DNA of 32,765 bases from Candidatus Bipolaricaulota bacterium (lineage in GTDB: Bacteria; Bipolaricaulota; Bipolaricaulia; UBA7950; UBA9294): contig JAYEFP010000111.1 in the NCBI GenBank assembly GCA_034715975.1, positions 1-32,765 on the forward strand. The letters are read 5' to 3'. The first letter of the stretch is position 1, and each line of letters begins with the position of its first letter. The position numbers and the translations under genes were made by a program. Below are positions 9,381-17,457 of the stretch, piece after piece. Below the pieces are notes generated by a model that was not told the DNA's origin, searched no databases, and saw only the letters and a program-made list of their open reading frames with translations.

Positions 9381-11678
9381 ATGAACGACGGTAGACGGGG
9401 TAACACCAAGAATAAAGGTTTGCCCCCAGGTGAAATGATCGGCGCACCCGTCCTTCGGCCCGATGCAATCGACAAGGTGCGCGGCGAGGCGAAATACGTT
9501 GGAGACCTTGTCTTCTCCGGCATGCTTCACGCTCGCGTCATAAGAAGTACCATGCCGCATGCGCGACTACGCGGAGTTGACCTGTCGAGTGTGGAGAAAG
9601 ATCCTTCCGTCGTTTGCACTGTTACGGCGGATGAGGTTCCAGGCGAGAACATCGTGCACGTCGTCTACGACGATCAACCGGCCCTGGCGAAAGAAATAGT
9701 GCGCTACATCGGCGAACCGATCGCCCTTGTAGCGGCAAGTGATCGCCTCGGAGCGGAGCGTGCGGCAAAGTTGGCTGTGATCGATTACGAGCCGCTACCC
9801 ATTGTCTCTGACCCGATTGTTGCACTTTCGGATGACGCTCCGGCGGTCGCCGTACCTGAGGTTGTGGAGGAGGGAAAGAACGTATTCAATCACATGCGCC
9901 TGCGCAAAGGAGATACAGAAGATGGCTTTGCCCAAGCGGACGTGATCGTTGAAGGCGAGTATCGCACCGGTTATCAAGAACACGCGTATCTCGAGACGCA
10001 GGGGGCGATTGCCGTCCCCGACGAGAACGGCTCGATGACGATCTACGGCTCGATGCAGTGCCCGTTCTACGTTCAGGGAGCCGTTGCGCGTGTCCTCGGC
10101 CTTCCGCTTGCCAAGGTGCGCGTGGTGCAAACCACGACCGGCGGCGCGTTCGGAGGTAAGGAAGATGTGCCATCGCTCGTCTCGTCGCTTGCCGCTCTCT
10201 TGGCGTGGAAGGCGCGGAAGCCGGTGAAGCTCATCTACGATCGCAGCGAGGACATCCTCACGTCGAGCAAGCGACACCCAGCTATTGTCCACTACAAGAG
10301 CGGGGCGAAGAGAGATGGCACGATCACCGCGATCGAAGCTGACTTTGTGTACAACGCGGGCGCTTATCAGACCCTGTCATCGGCGGTCCTCTGGCGCGGC
10401 CTGATGCATATTGCCGGGCCGTACCGCATCCCGAACGTCAAGGTTGACGGATACTCCGTTGCCACAAACACTGTTCCCTGCGGCGCATTCCGCGGGTTCG
10501 GGAGCCCCCAAGTAATATTCGCTCACGAGTCACAGATGGATAAGCTCGCCGACAAGCTGGGGATCGATCGCTTGGAGATGCGCCGCAGAAACGTGTTGCG
10601 AGTGGGGGACAAGACGAGCACGAACCAGTTACTGGAGGAGAGCGTCGGGGTACTGGAGACGATCGATAAAGCGGGTGAGATGGCCCATTGGCAGGAGAGG
10701 CTCTCCGGGATCGATGCGTTCAACGTTGCTTCTGAGGACCGCAAGCGTGGGATAGGGATCTCGACGATCACCTACGGTGTTGGCCTCGGCGGCAAGGCTC
10801 CGTTCCTGGACAAGGCGGGCGCGTACATGAAGCTGGAAGCCGATGGCTCAGTTGCCTTCTCCGTGGGCACGGTGGAGATGGGGCAGGGGCTGATCACCGC
10901 ACTGACCCAGATCGCCTCGGAGGCGCTACAGGTACCCGTGGAGAGGATCCACATGGCACAGGTCGACTCATCGCGCGTTCCCGACTCCGGCCCGACCGTT
11001 GCCTCGCGCGGAACGATGATAAGCGGGCTGGCTGTCGTTGATGCGGCGAGGAAACTGCGCGAGAGGATCGTCGGTGTTGCCACTGATCTCGGAATCTCCG
11101 AAGAGGATATCTCAGGCGAAATGCCTAAGATCGCGGAAACTTTCTGGCTTAGCAACCTTGACCCAGCGGTAGAAGGATGGAGCAAGACTGCTCCCGTTGA
11201 CTGGGACGCAGAGACCGGCCTGGGAAACGCGTACATGGTCTATGCCTACGCCACACACATCGCGGAGGTGGAGATCGACATGGCGACCGGGGAGGTCTCA
11301 GTGGAGGAATTTGTTGCCGTGCACGATTCCGGGAAGATCGTCAACCGCCAACTCGCTTCCGGCCAGGTAGAGGGTGGGATAGCGCAGGGCCTCGGCTATG
11401 CGCTGATGGAAGAGATTCCGCAGAAGGATGGAAAGCTGCTGACGAGCGGGTTCACCACCTACCGCATTCCCACAATCAGGGACGTGGCACCCAACACCAA
11501 AGTTGGCTTTGTCGAGGCAGTCTTCTCCTACGGTCCATATGGGGCAAAGGGCTTGGGAGAAGTCCCGCTCATGGCCTCCCACACCGCCGTCTCTCGCGCA
11601 GTTGCACACGCACTGAAGAGAGACGTCAACAGCTACCCGCTCTCACCCGATCGGGTGAAGGAGATTGCGAAACGCTAA
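9381..11678 (+). CDS. xdhA: Xanthine dehydrogenase family molybdopterin-binding (large) subunit
   Basis: QEHAYLE, GGAFGGKE, AFRGFG, EMGQG, GQVEGG, AKGLGE. Start moved to ATG 9381 behind RBS GAGGAG. Confidence 0.9.
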   Translation: MNDGRRGNTKNKGLPPGEMIGAPVLRPDAIDKVRGEAKYVGDLVFSGMLHARVIRSTMPHARLRGVDLSSVEKDPSVVCTVTADEVPGENIVHVVYDDQPALAKEIVRYIGEPIALVAASDRLGAERAAKLAVIDYEPLPIVSDPIVALSDDAPAVAVPEVVEEGKNVFNHMRLRKGDTEDGFAQADVIVEGEYRTGYQEHAYLETQGAIAVPDENGSMTIYGSMQCPFYVQGAVARVLGLPLAKVRVVQTTTGGAFGGKEDVPSLVSSLAALLAWKARKPVKLIYDRSEDILTSSKRHPAIVHYKSGAKRDGTITAIEADFVYNAGAYQTLSSAVLWRGLMHIAGPYRIPNVKVDGYSVATNTVPCGAFRGFGSPQVIFAHESQMDKLADKLGIDRLEMRRRNVLRVGDKTSTNQLLEESVGVLETIDKAGEMAHWQERLSGIDAFNVASEDRKRGIGISTITYGVGLGGKAPFLDKAGAYMKLEADGSVAFSVGTVEMGQGLITALTQIASEALQVPVERIHMAQVDSSRVPDSGPTVASRGTMISGLAVVDAARKLRERIVGVATDLGISEEDISGEMPKIAETFWLSNLDPAVEGWSKTAPVDWDAETGLGNAYMVYAYATHIAEVEIDMATGEVSVEEFVAVHDSGKIVNRQLASGQVEGGIAQGLGYALMEEIPQKDGKLLTSGFTTYRIPTIRDVAPNTKVGFVEAVFSYGPYGAKGLGEVPLMASHTAVSRAVAHALKRDVNSYPLSPDRVKEIAKR

Positions 11679-11734
11679 CTCGATAGGTCCTCGGCGGACA
11701 ACGTGGCGAGTAGAACACTTGGCGCGCTTCCAAG

Positions 11735-11992
11735 TCAATAACAAGTACCTACTGAAACAGTGGCGTGGTCCACCCGCGCGGCTACATCTGAGTCGAGACA
11801 ATATATGTTGAACTCCCACGTGACGCCAGGGCCTAGACTACTCATGTTATCCAGCCAGCTTGAGAGCAAAATGTCATTGACGTCGTAAAACTGAGCGTCC
11901 ACTTCGGCGTAATTCATTATGTAACCGACCACAGACCAGGGAAACCTACCCGACCCTTGACATCTCCAGCACCGACTCAAGAGCCTTGCCAA
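11735..11992 (-). pseudogene. FxLYD-domain-like secreted or lipoprotein gene remnant
   Basis: YAEVDAQFYD..DILL...LDNMSSLGPGVTWEF fits the FxLYD pattern, but there is no signal peptide or RBS and the N-terminus looks scrambled. Confidence 0.5.
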
Positions 11993-12222
11993 CTTTGGCC
12001 ATATTTCGATTCCTGATTATTAACAATCTCCATAACTCGCCAATTCTAGTGTTATGTTAACAGATGAACTGATTTCGATCAGACGTCTTCTTCAGGTGTT
12101 TCTTTTGATAGTAGAGAAATGGAGTCGTAGAATGCGTAACATTGGGGGAATCATAGCTTAGTAAAAGGGAGATTTTGGGTAGAATAAGCAGCTGGCTACT
12201 GATACGATAGGAGGAATGAGCT

Positions 12223-12696
12223 ATGTCGGAGGTTGCCAAAGCGATCATCAGTGCGGGCATTACGTCGTCGATGCTTGCCGTAGCGCTTGCATTCCTCCTC
12301 AAGAAGTGGCTCGCCGCGCGTATCGAGAAGTCCATCGAGTATGCCTACAACGTGCGCCTTGAGCGCATTCGCGAGGACATAGCGGTTAAGAACCGCGCGG
12401 CACTCGTGGCCGATCTGCTGTCCGAGTGGCTCAGCCGGCCCAAGGACTCGACAAGATTGAACCGGCTCACGTTTGAGGCCTATCTGTGGCTGCCCTCCGA
12501 CATTGCAGACGACTTGAGTCGTCGGCTTGCCAACCAGCCCGATGCACCCGACGTCCGCACACTTTTGGGACAAGTCCGGAAACACCTTCTGGGCGTGGGT
12601 GACAGTTTCGATCCCCAGAAGATCAACATCTTCCCCCCGCCATGGCCAAACAAGAACCAAATATATGGCCAACAACCACCTGCCCGCGACAAGTAA
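12223..12696 (+). CDS. Hypothetical protein with N-terminal TM helix and coiled coil; probable integron-cassette ORF
   Basis: RBS AGGAGG. Hydrophobic N-terminus (ITSSMLAVALAFLL). The 3' end overlaps an attC site. Confidence 0.8.
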   Translation: MSEVAKAIISAGITSSMLAVALAFLLKKWLAARIEKSIEYAYNVRLERIREDIAVKNRAALVADLLSEWLSRPKDSTRLNRLTFEAYLWLPSDIADDLSRRLANQPDAPDVRTLLGQVRKHLLGVGDSFDPQKINIFPPPWPNKNQIYGQQPPARDK

Positions 12697-12748
12697 AGGC
12701 CGTCGCGGACGGCGTCCTTCACTTGCGCGTGAGGTGAGGACGTTATTA
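12667..12748 (+). mobile_element. attC-like integron recombination site (single, no integrase in window)
   Basis: GGCCAAC ... GTTATTA. Arm CACCT[G]CCCGCG[A]C pairs with GCGCGTGAGGTG (two extrahelical bases, one mismatch). Central stem AAGT-AAGG-CCGTC/GACGG-CCTT-ACTT. Confidence 0.75.
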
Positions 12749-12838
12749 TGAGGTCTTTGGGATCGGCTTTAGCGCCTGGTCCTGCAATCCAAACACATTC
12801 ACCGGCCTTGTGTCTTTCTCATACCCATGAAACTGCGG

Positions 12839-13629
12839 CTTGTACAACGTTAGCGAGTTGGCACGTCCACACGAAAAGGCTTTGAGATGTGGGGCATGCG
12901 GAAACCTCGTGGCAAGCTACGGGGTTTCCAACCCACAGAGATTGAATAATCTGCCGCCGGCGGGTTGCCCAAGGCTTACTGACACCTACGGCGAGGACTC
13001 CTTCTTCCGTGTAACCCAACACTGCCACAAACTTCTGACAGGGATAGCGAGGCGGCTCTGTGGGTACAGGGATCCACGAAGCACTGGAGAACAATCCAGC
13101 AACGCCAAGAAACTCTTCTTGCTAAGATCAAGGCAGAGATCGCCGCGCTGAAGAACAGAGAGGAACGGTATCTCGTGGCCGCTCAACGAAACGCCGAGGA
13201 GGATGAACAGATGGGACGACGACTCGTTGCTCTGCTCTTGATTCCTGGGATTGGTCCGATTACTGCGCTCACCCTACTGGCACTGTTCCGTAAGTATCCG
13301 GGGGCCATACGCAGCCAGATCGTTGCACTCGCGGGCCTCGATCCAATCCAGTTTCAGTCGGGAACATCAGTACATGGAAAGACGCGGATTAGCAAGCGAG
13401 GAAACCGGGAACTGAGGAAGCGTTTGTATCAAGCAACGTTGTCGGCTGCTCGCTACAACCCCAGTGTGAAAGCCCTTCACCAACGGCTGAGGGGGCAGGG
13501 GAAACCGGACAAGGTGGCTCGAATCGCTGCAGCAAGAAAGCTCTTACTGATTGCACATGCCATCTACAAGAGCGGTGAAGAATTCCGCTCTCCTACCAAG
13601 GAGGTGACTTGACATTCAATACAGCATCT
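12839..13629 (+). mobile_element. IS110-family element, internally deleted (left boundary tentative)
   Basis: Right end TTGACAttcaatACAGCAT-CT directly after the transposase stop. Candidate left end CT-TGTACAAC. Structured non-coding region at about 12890-12970. Confidence 0.65.
13079..13612 (+). pseudogene. IS110 transposase/recombinase, C-terminal fragment
   Basis: IPGIGPITA, AGLDP..FQSGTS..GKTRISKRGN, A.ARKLL (Transposase_20-type domain). N-terminal DEDD/RuvC domain missing. Probable frameshift near 13105. Confidence 0.88.
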
Positions 13630-13740
13630 GACCCCAGATTCTCTACGAAAATTCCCCTGGAGGAGCTGTGAGAGGTAGAGAATGTAATAATAGAGACTTC
13701 TGCAACAAGCTCATTGTATCTCTGAATACGGGAGCGAGGT

Positions 13741-14601
13741 TTACCTCCCGTGAGTGGTGCGCGGGTCGATGATATCACGGATCCCATCTCCCAACATGTT
13801 AAAAGATAATACAGTGATAAGGATAGCCGCTCCAGAGAAGAGTGAGATCCAAGAAGCGTTGGTCAGGTAGTCCATCCCCTCGCGAATGATGCCGCCCCAG
13901 GTGGGGGTTGGCGGTGGAACGCCCAATCCGATAAAACTCAGGTTGGCCTCGATGCGAATCGCGGTGGCGGTCCACAGGGTTGCCATCACCAATACCTCCC
14001 CCATAACGTTCGGTAAGGCATGTCGGAAGATCACCCGCAGATCGCTGAATCCAAGGGCACGTGCAGCAGTTATATAGTCCTGTTCCTTAATAGCTAGTGT
14101 TGGTGCGTGGACAATTCTGACAAAGCGAGGGGCCATGATGACCCCAATAGCGATGATCAACTTTATCATCCCCGAACCGAGGACGGCCATCACCATCAAC
14201 CCCATGATCAGGTTGGGAAACGACATGAGAACGTCGACCGTTCGCATGATCACGTTCTCTACCGTTCCCCCCTTTATGCCGGCGATGATCCCCAGGCTTG
14301 TTCCAATGACCATTCCGATCAGCACCGAGGAAATCCCCACGATCAGTGAGACTCTCGCGCCGTAGATTACCCGGCTTAGGATATCACGTCCGAAGTTGTC
14401 CGTCCCCAAAAGGTGCCCTTGTTGGGGGGAGAGCAACCGGTGATAGACATCCTGGATCAATGGATCGTACGGGGCAATCACGGGGGCGAGGATCGCCACC
14501 AGGATTACGATCAACGCGATCACGGCCCCAGCAAAGGCGGTCTTGTTTCTGCAGAAGGTTCGCCACAATCGCCGGACCTCACCTATTCTCGTTTCAGTCA
14601 T
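13741..14601 (-). CDS. ABC transporter permease (DppC/OppC-like)
   Basis: HLLGTDNFGRD, YITAARALG, GDGIRDIIDP. Start placed at ATG 14601, overlapping the dppB stop. Confidence 0.92.
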   Translation of the reverse strand: MTETRIGEVRRLWRTFCRNKTAFAGAVIALIVILVAILAPVIAPYDPLIQDVYHRLLSPQQGHLLGTDNFGRDILSRVIYGARVSLIVGISSVLIGMVIGTSLGIIAGIKGGTVENVIMRTVDVLMSFPNLIMGLMVMAVLGSGMIKLIIAIGVIMAPRFVRIVHAPTLAIKEQDYITAARALGFSDLRVIFRHALPNVMGEVLVMATLWTATAIRIEANLSFIGLGVPPPTPTWGGIIREGMDYLTNASWISLFSGAAILITVLSFNMLGDGIRDIIDPRTTHGR

Positions 14602-15535
14602 AACGAATCCTTGGATCGACAATGCCATAAGCCAGGTCAGTGAACAAGTTAATAAAAACGACTATCGAACTGAAGATAACCATAATAGATTGTAGCATTA
14701 TGTAGTCCCGTTGTTTCATTGCCCCGACTAGCATCTTCCCTAACCCAGGACGGGAAAAGACGACCTCAGTCATTACCGAGCTTCCAATAAGAACGATGGA
14801 GAACATCCCGACAACAGAGAGGATCGGTAAAAGAGCGTTTCGCAAGACATGTTTGTATACGACGATCCGTTCACGAAGTCCTTTAGCGCGCGCGGTACGA
14901 ACGTAGTCCTCATTTAGGATGTCGAGCATCGACGACCGTGTCATACGCGTTACGTAGGACATCATGATTAATGCCAGAGTAAGCGCCGGCAGGAACAGGT
15001 AATACAGAGTTTCCCCGATATTGCTCAAATCACCTCCCCCAACTACCGGGAAGACCCCCAGTTTGATGGGAAACAAGAGCAGCAGCATGATCCCCAAATA
15101 GAAGGCGGGGACAGAGAGCCCCGTAAGCGAGAAGACACGTCCCATATAATCAACCACTGAGTTTCTCTTAAGTGCTGTGAGGATACCGAGAGGAACCCCT
15201 AGAATCGAACCGAGGATGATGCCACTTATTGTCAACTCGAGAGTGTAGGGAAGGACACTGGCAATCTGTGTCGCGACCGGCTTGCTTGTGATCAAAGACC
15301 GGCCCAGATCCCCATGGAGGAGGCCACCAAGGAATCGGAAGTACTGTACATAGAGTGGGGCGTTCAACCCCATCTTCTCGCGCAGGGCTTCCACTGCTTC
15401 CTTGGACGCATAATCGCCAAGAGCAGCAACCGCAGGATCACCCGGGGCGACCCGTACCAGCAGGAACACAAGCGTTAGAACAGCAAGCAGAATAGGAATA
15501 CAAAGCAAAACTCGCCGGACAAGATACCCAGTCAT
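14594..15535 (-). CDS. ABC transporter permease (DppB/OppB-like)
   Basis: PGDPA, DYVRTARAKGL, TEVVFSRPGLG, RDY, VDPRIRY. Confidence 0.93.
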   Translation of the reverse strand: MTGYLVRRVLLCIPILLAVLTLVFLLVRVAPGDPAVAALGDYASKEAVEALREKMGLNAPLYVQYFRFLGGLLHGDLGRSLITSKPVATQIASVLPYTLELTISGIILGSILGVPLGILTALKRNSVVDYMGRVFSLTGLSVPAFYLGIMLLLLFPIKLGVFPVVGGGDLSNIGETLYYLFLPALTLALIMMSYVTRMTRSSMLDILNEDYVRTARAKGLRERIVVYKHVLRNALLPILSVVGMFSIVLIGSSVMTEVVFSRPGLGKMLVGAMKQRDYIMLQSIMVIFSSIVVFINLFTDLAYGIVDPRIRYD

Positions 15536-15557
15536 AGCTTTTCTCCTCGATAAAAGC

Positions 15558-15586
15558 GCTGCGGGCCCTATTTAAGAGCCCGCAGC
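15558..15586 (-). other. Intergenic stem-loop after the second SBP gene
   Basis: GCTGCGGGC (15558-15566) pairs with GCCCGCAGC (15578-15586). Same position relative to the SBP gene as the 2921-2948 hairpin. Confidence 0.6.
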
Positions 15587-15600
15587 ATATGCATCCGGCG

Positions 15601-17202
15601 CTATTTAAGTATGCTGGTCTTCTCTGTAACCTGTGGGTAGAGCGCGACCGTCGATTTGAGGTCATAGCCCCAATCCACTTTCTCGCTGCGACCGAAGATA
15701 TACTTCAGCATAATCAGCGGATAGGAAGCCAGATACTCAGCGAGCTCCCGCTGGGCCTCTTTCCACAGGGCTACCTGCATGTCGGCGTCAACCTCTGCCC
15801 GGGCCTCTTCGATCAGGTCGTCGATCCCGGTGTAGTGAGAGAAATTGGTATCCGGCTTTGCACCAGTAACAACGATAGAGTCAGAGTGGTAGAAGCGGGT
15901 CAGGAAGACGTCAGCGTTCGCCCTCCACGCAATGTAGATGGTTACCGGATTGCTGTCTTCCCTGATCAGTGAGTGCATCGTGGAGTGATCGACAACCCTA
16001 AGCTTCAAGTCGATGCCGATCTGGGCAAGTTGAGCCTGTATTTGCTCGTAGATTCGACGATAGCTTGCTCGCTCCGAGGTCACCGCTTCCATGGTGAACC
16101 CATCGGCGAGTCCAGCATCGGCAAGTAGATCCCTCGCCTCATCCAGATCAGCGTTATAGGCCAACCCTGCTGCCTTTACCTCTGCATAGGTAAGTCCTCC
16201 GGCGAGGTAGTTCACCGGCACCGGTGAATACAACGCCTCTGCAGTGTCACCGAAGAACGCCAGGAACGCATCGCGATCCAGGGCGTAAGCAATAGCCTTT
16301 CTTACCGCTTTTGTTTCGATATAGTCACGCCTAAGGTTAAGGTGCAAGGTAACCGTCTCGCCCGGCCCGAAGACATCGACATCAATTCCGGGTTTATCTT
16401 CCATCATCGCAACCCAGTCTTGCTCACGACGCCCTTCAGCCACTTCCAGCTCTCCCGAGCGCAGACCTAACTCGCGACTGCTAACCTCAGGCATATAGAG
16501 CACCTCAACCGTCTTCAGAATTGGAGCACCGCGGAAGTAATCAGGGTTTCCTGCTAGAACGACCTTGTTCATAGGAACATACTCGCTGAGCATAAACGGG
16601 CCGGTCCCCACAGGACTGGTCTTGAACGCCTCGTCCCCCATCTCTTCGATCGGTTTCTTGGGGATGATGAATCCACCACAGTAGTCTGAAACTTTAGGCA
16701 AGAATAGCATTGGAGAGAGAGGCTCTTCCAGAGTAATCTTCACCGTGTACTTATCGACCGCTTCGAATGTCATCCCAGCGTATTCCCCTGCGTATGAGGA
16801 TCGATCGGGATCTGCCGCTTTGTTGAGCGAGTAGACTACATCCTCCGAGGTCAGCTCATAACTTGCATGGCCGTTCCAAGGGTGAATCATAACTCCCTGT
16901 TTTAGATCGAAGGTCCATACAAGGCCCCCATTCGTAGGCTCAGGGATCTCCACTGCTAGATCAGGTTCAAAGGCCGAGATATCCCCTGGCTTATAGCGAA
17001 CCAGCCCGTTGAACACCATATCGACGACGGCACGGTCCATGGTCGCCGCTGCACGATGAGGATCGAGCGTCTTTAGGTCTGCTGCATCCAGCGCGATGCG
17101 TAAGACTTGATTTTCCGAAAGTTCCTGCGCTGACGAACCGACCACAAAAAGGCCCATAACCAATGTAAATACCAGACCAACAACAAGCAACTTGTGCAAC
17201 AT
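15601..17202 (-). CDS. ABC transporter substrate-binding protein, family 5 (DppA-like)
   Basis: Signal peptide, TLDPH, PVGTGPF, VRKAIAYALDR. Start placed at ATG 17202 after AAGGAGG. Confidence 0.93.
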   Translation of the reverse strand: MLHKLLVVGLVFTLVMGLFVVGSSAQELSENQVLRIALDAADLKTLDPHRAAATMDRAVVDMVFNGLVRYKPGDISAFEPDLAVEIPEPTNGGLVWTFDLKQGVMIHPWNGHASYELTSEDVVYSLNKAADPDRSSYAGEYAGMTFEAVDKYTVKITLEEPLSPMLFLPKVSDYCGGFIIPKKPIEEMGDEAFKTSPVGTGPFMLSEYVPMNKVVLAGNPDYFRGAPILKTVEVLYMPEVSSRELGLRSGELEVAEGRREQDWVAMMEDKPGIDVDVFGPGETVTLHLNLRRDYIETKAVRKAIAYALDRDAFLAFFGDTAEALYSPVPVNYLAGGLTYAEVKAAGLAYNADLDEARDLLADAGLADGFTMEAVTSERASYRRIYEQIQAQLAQIGIDLKLRVVDHSTMHSLIREDSNPVTIYIAWRANADVFLTRFYHSDSIVVTGAKPDTNFSHYTGIDDLIEEARAEVDADMQVALWKEAQRELAEYLASYPLIMLKYIFGRSEKVDWGYDLKSTVALYPQVTEKTSILK

Positions 17203-17291
17203 CACTAACCTCCTTGAAAACATAGCTGTATCTGAATCACACCTTGTTATAAAATTTGTGGCTTATACATATCACCTCCTTAGCATGAAGG

Positions 17292-17408
17292 AAACAACTC
17301 TCTTGTTTAGACTAGCATAATGAGTGGAGGAAAATCAAGGACAAGACTTGTCTCATACAAGATGAGTATGAAGCGAGGGGTGTCTTTTCATGACACGCCC
17401 CTTGGCTT
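17292..17408 (-). promoter_or_regulatory. Promoter/operator region of the second dpp operon, with clustered palindromes
   Basis: Minus strand TTGATT-18-TAGTCT with extended TG. Palindromes AAACAA-N5-TTGTTT, GACAAG-A-CTTGTC, CTTGT-N5-ACAAG and TCATAC-N7-GTATGA. Hairpin at 17371-17408. Confidence 0.5.
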
Positions 17409-17457
17409 GTGTCGTTTACAGGTTTATCGGTATACTTCGTGGACAGAAAGGAGATGG

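Noticed and set aside
12781-12856. Second attC ending at GTTAGCG (12849)
   Set aside because: No matching RYYYAAC or complementary left arm. Better explained as the IS110 left end.
12840-13151. 103-aa ORF in the IS110 left region
   Set aside because: No RBS or motif. It overlaps the structured non-coding end and the transposase fragment.
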